Assembly: GCF_000315625.1 (NCBI RefSeq)
Contig: NW_005434622.1
Coordinates: 343,242-407,241 of the forward strand
DNA length: 64,000 nt
From: Guillardia theta CCMP2712
Lineage: Eukaryota; Protista; Cryptophyta
Direction: 5' to 3'
Part shown: positions 23,366-33,683 of the stretch, in pieces
Position numbering within the stretch: position 1 is the first letter of the stretch
How the letters are laid out: every line of letters starts with the position of its first letter
Made by a program: the position numbers and the translations under genes
Notes under the pieces: generated by a model
What the model was told of the DNA's origin: nothing
What the model saw: only the letters and a program-made list of their open reading frames with translations
Database searches by the model: none

Positions 23366-23803
23366 TATTAGTCAGAGGCAGCAGGATGGAGGGGAGGGGA
23401 GGAGAGGAGAGGAGAGGAGAGGAGAGGAGAGAGGTCGAAAAGGAAAGAGAAGGCGGAAGAAGAGAATGTGGAATTCTTGAGTTTTCCTCCTTCCTTTCGT
23501 TGGATTTCCCCCATTGAAACACTGGTCCCAATCACAGCACAATTCAGAATCATGGGTTAAGGGTATGTGTTCTCAAGTTGCGATTCCTGCATTGTCCAGG
23601 CTGATGCTTGTCTCCTTGGCATACATTCTATGTTGATCGAGCTGTGTGATAGAGATCGCAGCGCCAATAACACAAATCCTCTTGAAACCTCAACTTTGGA
23701 GTTTGTTGTACCCGATGCCCCTCAACACCGTAACCGCGCTCTCTCTCCCCGTTCCCCGTCCCAGCCGAATGTCCTGACCTCTCGCGCAGGTCTCGAGTGC
23801 GAC

Positions 23804-25136
23804 ATGGCGTTCCAGGCTTCACGAGCGCTCTTTGAACAACGGTCCAACGAAACCCCAGGTGCTCCTGCGACCAAGAAGGCAGGAGACAGCAAGTCCGGTG
23901 TCCACGTGCTTGCTCTGGATCCGAACAGCAAGCGCCCTTGCGCCCTCAGCTGCATCGCAGTGAGCCATGACGGGAGATTCTTTGCGTACTGCCCGCAGAC
24001 AAGCAAGGTCCTCGTCTCAGAGTACAAGGACGGGGAATTCAGGCTGGTGAAGGAGCTCGCGCAGCACGACCAGCTCGTCACTTCGATAGAGTTTGCGCCG
24101 TCGTCATACAACCTGCTGACGTGCTCGCAAGACAGGAACGCGTACGTGTGGGACTTTGGCAAGGACAACGAGTGGAACCCGACTCTGGTGCACCTCAGAA
24201 TACACAGAGCCGCCACTTACTGCAAGTGGTCGTGGGATGGCAAGAAGTTTGCAGTCTGCAGCGGGCAAAAGTGCATCTCCGTGTGCTACTATGAGGAGGA
24301 AAACAACTGGTGGGTGAGCAAGCTGATTGAAGACTTCGACTCTACGGTGAGCTGCGTGTGCTGGCACAAGTCCAACACGTACCTGGCGGCTGGGTCCATG
24401 GATGGTGCCGTCCGCCTCTTCACGGCAGCAGTGAAGGGGGTGGACGACAAACCGACGCAGCTGTTCGGGCCAGACGTGAGCTTCAAGAAGATCGGGCAGA
24501 TGATCTGCAAGATCGAGACGAACTCGTGGGTCCACGACATTTGCTTCTCCCCTACTTTTGATTCCATCGCCTTCGTTACCCATGATTCCTCCATTAGCTT
24601 CCTTCCCATCCAGGAGGGTGTCATACCGCAGCAGGAGCAACTTGAGCGTATCAGGTGCTCGGGCCTCCCGCACCTGCGCATGATGTTCCTCTCCCACAAT
24701 CGAGTGCTGGCGGCCGGGCATGATTGCAACCCGACTGTGTACGCGAAGGAGGGGAAGGGATGGGTGGAGAAGAAGAAGCTCGATCAAGCGACGGAGATCG
24801 TTAGCGAGAGCTCCAGCTCCGCTAGAGGAGCAGCTTTCAAGAAGTTCGAGAGTTCGTCTTCTTTGGGCAACGACGCGAATGGAGGATCGAAAGGCACAAC
24901 GGTCACAACCGTCCACCATGTGAGTCCTTCCTTTCGTGTGGGATAGCTTCTGACAGTTGTCTTTCTTTCTTCCCCTTACGCCTCTTTTGCAGACATGCAT
25001 TACTGGCCTCGCCTCCTGCTCTTCTTGGTACAACGGGAACACGTGCACCAAGGTTGTCTCGGTCGGCATGGATGGGAAGCTGAAGTTCTGGGATCTTGCA
25101 AGCTTGGAGGATTCGTTCTCGAAGATGTCTCTGTAG
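23804..25136 (+). CDS. ARPC1: Arp2/3 complex subunit 1 (p41-ARC, WD40)
   Basis: HDQLVTSIEFAP, LLTCSQDRNAYVW, WNPTLVHLRIHRAAT, SVCYYEEENNWWVSK, LAAGSMDG, AAGHDCNP. One intron 24920-24992, last exon ends GMDGKLKFWDL...MSL*. Confidence 0.93.
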
Positions 25137-25371
25137 AGATGGAAGGGATGAACCGCCTCTGCACAAGGAGTGGAGCTGCTGATGTGACGAGCTGTGAAGT
25201 GGACTTGTGACATTCATGTCATGATGACGTCATCGGCTCGACGATCGGTGTGGGAAGGGGGGTGGCTGTCTAAACATTTAAAGGAAAAGGAAACAATAAC
25301 AAACTTGAAGGGCTGAGTCGCGCACGCAAGCTGAGAGTGTGAATGAGGCCAACGATCGCCCGAGTGTCAAA

Positions 25372-27793
25372 CTAGTTGAAGCTCGTCAATGCCGTCATCC
25401 ACTCTGTGATGGGCGGCTGATCGCTGTTAGCTCCGATTTCCCTGCTCCATACCATCAGCAACACGCGCTCAAGCACGTCAGCCAAGGTGCCTTTACCTCA
25501 CAACAATCTTGGTTGGACTTGAGCTGGCGAACCTGCCCCAGCAAACGTCATCGCCGGCTTGCTGGACGCAAGGGGTCGAATGAGTACCAGGATTTTGACT
25601 TGGGGTACAGCAAGATCGTCAAGGAAGAACCTTCATCCACTGCCAAGTCCACCCTGCATCATGTCAGACGGACAGGAGGTCTCGAGCATGCAGGACTTGT
25701 AGGATGGGAGGAAGAAAGAGGCCTCGGGGCTGTAAGCATCGCGGGATTGGAAATAATACAGACAGCCAGACTGGGTGAGGACGAAGAATTGCCTGCAAAG
25801 ACCGTGTGAGGGACGTCGGCAGCCGCATCACAACATCTGACTTCTTCCAGTTGAAACTCAACATGGAGCCCTGACGTAACAAGTGGCCCTGACATAGAAC
25901 GTTCTGATCCCCGCCGTTGGCCATACAGTCGCCCCTGCTTGCAGACAAGCATCAGCAAGGCTGCGAGGTGGCATGCGGATAACCTTCGCTCTTCGTAGAG
26001 CGCAATCTCAGACAAGACGGAATGCCACTTTCTCCAATCTGAGGATCATCATCATTCACCAGCGAGTAAGAAGTGAGGAAAACTGAGGAACCAGTACTGA
26101 TGGACGGGTTCAGCCCTGATGCAACCTTCTCGGTGCCTAAAAATGCTTTCCTGCAAGGAACACATCACTCAACCGTCAGAAACATGCTCCTAGCGTACCA
26201 ATCCGACTTGTCGTCGATGGTCTTGATGGTTCTTGACGACGCCTGCCATACCCATTCCAACTCTTGACAAGAAGGTTTCAGCAGCAGCGCGAGCAGACCT
26301 CAATGGCTAGATCGATCTTTCCGACTGATGCCGATTGACATTGTATGTATTGTGAGATCACTGTCACCATTCGTCATGACGGGCCATCCCTTTTCGCGAC
26401 GACTTTTACCTTCCCCAATCTTCTGCGACAGTTCGAGCTGCACAGACGTCATACATGAGACAGGAAGTGACCGACATGAGCTCTGACTTGTACCTCAGCG
26501 ACTTCAGCATCTTTCCAGATCGACAGAGCCTGTCAACAGAAAGTTACTGCACGCAACGTGGAGGGGGCGACAACAACCTTCTTGCAGTACTCCTCGCTTG
26601 CGGCTCGCTCTTCTCTCCTGGCAGCCGCCTGCACTGATGTCAGACGAGAGCTCATCCGTGTCTCCCCATCGCCTGCTGCACGTGCAGGAGCCACAAGTCC
26701 GTCACTGACTCCCCTGCCGTCGCAGCAATCTGCAAGCCTGAGTCATCGCCCCCAGAAGAACAGCCCCAATCAGCTACCGGGTCACTGGCTGATTGAACCG
26801 CCTTCGCTCGCGACTCGAGCAGATCTCGTGCCTTCTCTACCCTTGAGTCGGAGGATCAGGGAGGTCAAGGATACACATGCTCCGCTGCTCACCTCTCGAA
26901 GATCTTCATGATCTCCCCCTCCAGGTTTGCCCTGACCGTCGATGCTTCCGTCAGGCTGGCACGTACGGATGCAGATGAAGAGGCGCAACCTAGCTTTCTT
27001 CGCCAAACGGTCCAGCTCCTTCCCCTTTGTGTTGTCAAGGTTCCTAAGGCTGCCGTCAGAGGAGCAGCCGCCCTGCTGCCTCTCCCTCCTCACCTCAAGG
27101 AGTTGGCAATCTCGTCATGGTGTTGAGCCAGCTGAGGTCACGATCAGCCCCTTGCCATCTCGCAGAGCCTCTCGGTCGCTCTCACCTGCTCCGTGAGGTC
27201 TACAAAGCACTGAGACCCCACTGCCTTGAGAGTGTCAGCCTTGCCCTTGTCGTTGGTCTTGGGCGCGTTGCTCTGCCATCTCCGAGGTAAAGAATTCTCA
27301 CTAATTGAGGGCGACGCCATACCTCCGGGCCCGGGTAAAACTGTATGGGATGAACTGACGGCAAGACTTGTTTCCTTATCCTTTGCGCGTTCTGCTTCTC
27401 AGCCTCGGCTTCGTGAGTGAATGGTCAGCCTGGTCTCGACAGGAGGTGATAAATACCAAGGACCTTGATGTTGTTCCGGATGGTGTCAACAGTAGATGTC
27501 CAGCTCATCACTCTCAGCAGAAGCTGTTCAAAGATCATAACCACATGTCAGGAACGATTGTCCATGTCGCGCAGGGAGACATGCAGCAAGCACCACAAGA
27601 CAGTAAGGGTATCTGGCCAGCTGTGCAACAAGGCATGCAGGCAGACAGGCAGCACGATCAGTCTATCTCACAGATCCTCAGGGTGCTCAGAGGTAGTGAG
27701 GAGATAAGTGATGGGTGGGGTGACCTGGTCTAGGGCGTCTGCATGGAGCAGCACGGGGTCTTCATCCCCCGGCGCCTCCCCTGCCGTCGCCAT
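25372..27793 (-). CDS. Multi-exon protein with C-terminal PH domain
   Basis: Spliced C-terminus LCQGHLLRQGSMLSFNWKK/QFFVLTQSGCLYYFQS...PITEWMTALTSFN* is a typical PH fold. Start MATAGEAPGDEDPV at 27793; middle exons uncertain. Confidence 0.65.
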
Positions 27794-27998
27794 GGAAGTT
27801 TGCCACAGCTCCGTCAACAAGTTTCAAATAATGAACTTTCAAACTTTGAAACTTTTAGGCCTGGAAATTTCAAAACTCCAAACTTTCAAGAGATTCGAAG
27901 TGGACCGGGTGGGTACCTGATTAGCAGAGCTGTGGGGGTAGTCAAGGGAGGGGTGGTGGAATCAAAGGGTAGAGTGGCGGGAGGGCGGGAAGGGAAAT

Positions 27999-30900
27999 AT
28001 GCTCAAGTCGATCGTGAGGAGGCTGGAAGAGGAGCAGGCGGCAAGGAGCTGTGCGAGGCTCTCAAGCTTCTTCCAGAAGAAGGACGAGGAGCGGAAGGAT
28101 GCCGACAGTGTGAGAGAGGAGCGGGAGCAAAGCGAGGCTGAGGAGGAACACCAGGTGCAAGGAAACAGCCCCCTGGAGGCGGAACGGAGTGCAGAGGAGG
28201 CAGGCACAGAGGAGATGCCAGGGGGAGGGGCTGAGAGCATGGACGACGAGAAGAGATCAAGTCGTGTCACAGATAGAGAGGCTGCTGATGGTGCATCCGT
28301 TGAGGCCGCAGAGAAAGTAAGCTCTGAGACTGATATTCGGAAAGCAGCATCACCTGCGGAGAATGGGGAAAGCTCAAACTCGTCGGATGAGGACAAGCCC
28401 ATGCCTGAGAGCGCAGCAGATGTTGGAGCAGCAGAGATGGAAAAGAATGTCGAGGAAGCTGGCATGGACGAGGATGCAAGCGGGGAGACACGAGCCCTTA
28501 CAGACAGCGACGGCAATGCATACAATAACACTGACAGCAGTGATTCTTCTGAGGATGAGACATCAAATTTCGGGAGATTGAAGAGAGTGAAGAAATCCCG
28601 AGATCATGAGAAAGCGAAGGATACGTTCAAGTACATCCGTGAGGTTCAAGTGACAGGTATCTTACAATGGTTGTACTCATCAAGTGTTGATTCGACTTGT
28701 GCCAGAGAAAGATGAGCAAGAGGCGGACGATGATGAACAGGAGAACGATGAAGAGGAGCAAGAGTCATCAGAGAAGGAAAAGAATTCTGATGATGAATCT
28801 GAACCTGAGAAGGTTTTTGCTTGCTGGAAATCACACACCCTCCCTGAAGACCATTCCAGATGGTTCGATTGGAGGATTATGATGACGAGGAGGAGTTCCT
28901 CCTCGCTGGTGGAGACGTCGAAGAGGCCAAGAAGAAGAAAGAATGGTAATCAGACTGCGTCTGATTCTGTGCTGAGAATACCTCTAACATCTTGTTCAGG
29001 GGGCTTTCATACTTTGCATCGGACAAAAAGGAGGCTGAGAACGACGAAGAGGAGAGGCTTGCCAAGCAAAAACAGTCCAAGGAAGAATTACGCAAGCTGC
29101 ACAGAGATAGCGAAAGATTGTTACGTGAAAGGCGGTGCATGATCAAACCGGCTCAGGTAAAGTTGAGATCGAAACAGGACCTGTTCGAAAAGATCCACGA
29201 ACGAGTCACGAAACTCAGCGCTCAAAAGACGGTTGGCAATGAGATCTCTGAAGTGAAGGTGCTTTTTTACCAACAAGAGAGTATAGCTTCTTAGCTATGA
29301 TGCAGGTTGAGACGGACCCGATTGTTTCTGAAAAAATTGTGATGGACTTACAACCAAACCATTCCAGTGCAGCAAATGATCATGAAGATGATGATGATTT
29401 GGACTTCATCGTCATTAAGAAAGAGTCGGATGACGCAAACAAGCAAGCTAACGACACTGGTGCCTCAATGGATCCTGGTCAACTCACTACAGTGAAGAAA
29501 ACCAAAAATGTACAGTCAAAGATTTCCCCTGTATCTCCTCCTTCTGCTATGAAGAAACGCAATCAGCTTCGAAACCTGTTGCTGCAGAAATCTGTTGAAG
29601 ATAGTCTGCATTACAAGCAGATCAAGGCAAAGGTAGAAGAGTCAAAGTTGCCAGAGCCCTTTGAAGGTATTGATAAAGATTTTTTTGCTGCATCTACTTT
29701 CTTGGGCAGCAAGACTGGATACGTCTTCCACATGGGTGAAAATGGTCTTGGGTATTACAGGGATTCAAAGTCCACAGTGAAAAAGAGAGAAAACGAAATG
29801 GACTTGTTGAACTACATGGCAAAGGATGTGTCTCGGAACAAGGAAACTCTAGACACCAAGGAAACCATGGCTGACGTGAACCATGACGACGACACTGAAA
29901 CAGACCGCAAACTGGATGGAGATACGGTTGAAAGCATCGCTCTAGAGGGCAGCCAGCCTCGAGCAGAAAATTCCTCTCAGGAAGTGAAGGTGAATCGCCC
30001 AAGGGTGTACGGCAAGGCAGGATTTGAGCAGCTCAGACAAAGAGAGACCAATCAGAATGATAAGGAGAAATCAGATGAATCTCGCTCAGGCGTCGTTTCA
30101 GAATCGGTTGAGGCCAAAAAAGAATCAGCCAAGGCCGTCTGGAGAACACCAGAGCTCGATTCTGATAATGGTTCCGACGGTGATCAAGAAGATAACGATG
30201 ATGATGCTGATGAATCCAGTGAAGCTAGCTCAGAGAGCGAGGGGGATGACGATGAGGAGGAGGAGGAGGAGGAGGAGGAGGAGGAGGAGGAGGAGGAGGC
30301 AAAGGAACCAGTCAAGAAAGGGCTCAATGATGTTGCTTCTATGAAGAAACAGTCTGGATTGAGGATTGGCACATTGGAAGCTGGATATCTCAGGAATGAG
30401 GATCAGGTCCTTGGTTTTTACGACGACGTACAAGTTGCAAAGGAGGTCTTGTCCTGCAATTGCATGATTTCCATGCTGAATGTTTGATAGGACTTGGAGG
30501 AAGGCATTGATTTGATGGACACGGACGGTGAAGATGCAGAAGAAGAGGAGGAGGACAGCGAGGAGGAGCGAAGAGTGGCGGAGGGCTTCATCGAGGACGC
30601 CAAGTTTGCAGTGCAAGATGTAGACCCTGAGGTTTGTCACTTTGCCATGACCACATTGTGATATTCAACATCAACCCGCAGGGCCTGCGAGATTTTTATC
30701 AACAAGTGCAAGATGACGACGAGCAGAAGCAGACGGATAAAATATTGGATGTGATTCGAGGAGAATCGCGGAGGAGGAAGGCGATGGCCCAGGGAGAGCA
30801 GTGGATCCCCAATAGGTCTCTGACCGCTGAAGGGCAGTGGGTCCCCGACTGACTGTCATGCAGGGCTGCAAGGATGAGAAACATGATGCAGGATGAGGGT

Positions 30901-31564
30901 GACTTCGCCAATCTGCTCGGTGAAATGGTGAAGATGCAGCTTGCGGTTGCTCTTGATGGGGCTGACGCGGATGCTCAGGGGGGCGCTGGCGAGGACGAGC
31001 AGGAGCAGGTCGACTTTCAAGTTCAAGCGATGAGGGTCAAGGAGCGAGTGGAACGCCTCAAGTGGATCCAGGAGAAGAGAGCGCTGGATGCAGCCAAAGA
31101 GCTCGAGCCAGAGGCTGAGGAGAAGGAGAATGCAGCTGCAAAGTCAGCGCCGACGATGCGGAGGAGTTTCTCGACCGGACCTGCTCTCTCAGCCTTCACC
31201 CGGCAACTCTCCAAGGCACAGCAGAATGTCGGGGACTCCTCGCGGCCCCTGAGGACGATGATGAAGAGAAGCAAGTCGCTGCTAGGAGCTCAGCAACCCG
31301 GCAATGCGAAGGAGACGGGCTCGATCCCTATGTCCAAGAACTTCTTCTTCGACCGAAGGCAGAAGGGTGAGTCCAACGGCCCAGCAGAGCCAGTGGTAGA
31401 GCAGCAGGTATTGCTCCTCCTCGCTGCATCTTGCTGCTCACTTTGTCCAGGTGCCTTCAAAGCGTCCTGCAGCATCGGAAGGCTTCTTCCCCGTGAAGTC
31501 TAAGACTCCTCGCACCCTGAGCAGACAGAAATCTGTCCTGTTGCAAGCACTGGATGGACATTGA
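27999..31564 (+). CDS. CLSPN: Claspin/Mrc1-like replication checkpoint mediator
   Basis: Large acidic disordered protein. SKEELRKLHRDSERLLRE...KQDLFEK resembles the Claspin motif SKEALKQLHSETQRLIRE...IHDFFK. LRDFYQQVQDDDEQKQTDKILDVIRGESRRRK resembles the MRC1-like C-terminal domain. Confidence 0.7.
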
Positions 31565-31649
31565 AACGCATAAAACTACTCCGAAACTTGCGAGACCGTC
31601 GTGGCGGACTCCTGATCACAGAGTCATGTTACTGAACAGTCAAGTCTCA

Positions 31650-31870
31650 CTCAGACTGACACTGCGGGCACGGCGGCAGTCAACCTTGAACCGTCTCACG
31701 TGAGTTCAACGTGAGCACTGGCAGCCAGGGCCGCTGCCGGGCACCGTGCCAGAGACTCGTTGAAACGGAGTCCGACCCAGCGGGTGCCCAGTCCATAGCG
31801 CGCGTAGTATGCTGGCTTGCCGTTTCGGCCGGGCCCGGCGGGCCATCGGAACTCCGAGGCTCAGTTATTG
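31650..31870. other. GC-rich intergenic island (short)
   Basis: CACGGCGGCAGTC, GGGCCGCTGCCGGGCACCGTGCC, GGCCGGGCCCGGCGGGCC; same vocabulary as the other islands. Confidence 0.55.
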
Positions 31871-32084
31871 TGTTTCAGTGCGGTGAAGGCCCTCATCCAC
31901 CCCCAACAAAGTCAAATTTGGAAAAGTTCAGAATATTTACCCAAATATAGTGAATATATGTGAAATGAGATCTAGTGTTTCAAAATTGAGAACAAAATTA
32001 TATAGATAGTTTTCATGGCACCCCTCTCCGGAAATGCTAATGGCCGCATGTGCAGCTTCTCGTGTTACAATGGTTTGATCAGAC

Positions 32085-32390
32085 TACCCTACCCCATGTA
32101 TCAATCACCCTGGTAATCTTTACCCCACCCCATCTCCTACCTTCTACTGATCCCTACCCCTCAGAAATTATGCACTGTACAACCATGACCCAACCATTTT
32201 GAAGAAGATTATGATGTACCCCACAACAAGATTCAATCTGTACCATAAAGTACCCTACACTTCCATTATGTTTGTGTATGACCCCACACTTTAAGTACCC
32301 ACCTTGGAAATATCACCCACCAGGCACTTGAGGATTAATGCTACCGTACAGTCAATCGCACCACCCCTAAAAAGGAACCCACCCACCCCG
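32085..32390 (+). repeat. Phased ACCC(Y)AC motif array immediately upstream of NHP2
   Basis: Motif starts at 32086, 32122, 32151, 32188, 32218, 32252, 32281, 32315, 32343, 32377 (mean spacing ~32 bp), with unrelated spacers. Confidence 0.8.
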
Positions 32391-32409
32391 GACTGAACAA
32401 CACAGGATC

Positions 32410-33385
32410 ATGGCAGGAGGAGTGTCGGTAATCGCACAGCCTATGGCGGAGGAGAAGCTGCTCAAGAAGGTGCTGAAGATGGTGAAGGCCGGTGAGAACA
32501 TGCCGGCTGCTTGCTCCATGCTGCTGTGTGAGAGGATCTCGGAGGAGTGGGGGAAGTGAGCAGAAGAGAGTCAGAAGATCTCATTCGAGAGAGGGACGGA
32601 AGGAGATCAGGAGGAGCGGAGGGGGAGGGAGGAAAGCATGCGAGGTTCATTGACAAGGGCCGATGTTTTCAAGAGAATGCAAGGATGTGACGAGATCGAG
32701 ACCATGGAGAACGAGCTAGTGAGAGCGCCAGTCTCGAGCATCGAGGTTCAGTGTGGATAGAGCATAGATTCCAGATTCTCGTTGTGTCGCCATGAAGCCA
32801 ATGCGTCTAGAGGTCTCAGCAGCTGTATCCTACAGCTCGTGTGTTGTTGCCATGTTAGATGTAGTGAGATGCACGGGGGCCGAAGGCTGTTAGCTGGGTC
32901 CGTGGCGCATTTTGAACGCACCCTGCTGTAACTGCTCTAGCCGTGGGGGTGTTTCGAGGAGCGGGGAGGGGGGTTAGGAGGAGGAGGATAAGGATGAATG
33001 AGGATGATGATGATGAGGAGGAGGAGGAGGAGGAGGAGGAGGAGGAGGACGTCTGTGCGTGGGCTGATGATATCGTGCAGCCTCCAAGGGCAAGGTGGTC
33101 AGACGAGGAGTGAAGGAGGTGGTGAAGGCTGTTCGCAAGGGAGAGAAGGGTGTGTGTGTCATAGCAGGAGACATCTCCCCAATCGATGTCATCAGCCACC
33201 TGCCCGTCCTCTGCGAGGACAAGGACGTTCCGTATGTCTTCGTTCCCTCCAAGGAGGCGCTCGGCACAGCAGGGCAAACCAAGAGGCCAACCAGCTGCGT
33301 GCTGATCAAGAAGCCGTCGGACGAGGAGGGGAAGGATAAGTACGACGAGATCTTCAAGAAAGTGAAAGGCATGCAAGTCTATTGA
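32410..33385 (+). CDS. NHP2: H/ACA snoRNP subunit 2 (L7Ae family)
   Basis: Exon 1 MAGGVSVIAQPMAEEKLLKKVLKMVKA, intron 32492-33080, exon 2 ASKGKVVRRGVKEVVKAVRKGEKG...IAGDISPIDVISHLPVLCEDKDVPYVFVPSKEALG...KRPTSCVLI. Confidence 0.93.
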
Positions 33386-33683
33386 GCTCAAGCAGATATC
33401 AACCCACTGGACCATCAGTTTTGTCTTGCTCTGTTCTTGCAGTCTTGGTCTTGTTCCACCTGTTTGTTCGATTAATTTTGTCACTCTTCTATCTTAGCGC
33501 GTTGAGGCAGAGGAGCCTCCAATCTTGCATGCGACTTTTACGCTCAAGGATCTGTAATGTAATAAATCTTCTCTTGTAATCAACAATGGCCTCTCCCCCC
33601 CCCCCTCCCTCCTCCTCCTCCTCCTCCTCCTCTTCCTCTCCTCTTCTCTCCCTTCCCTCGCGCCCATACTCTACATCTTTCTT

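Noticed and set aside
32085-32390. CRISPR or telomere-repeat interpretation of the ACCC arrays
   Set aside because: The motif is only 7-10 bp and degenerate, there are no cas genes, the context is eukaryotic, and there are no tandem telomeric units.
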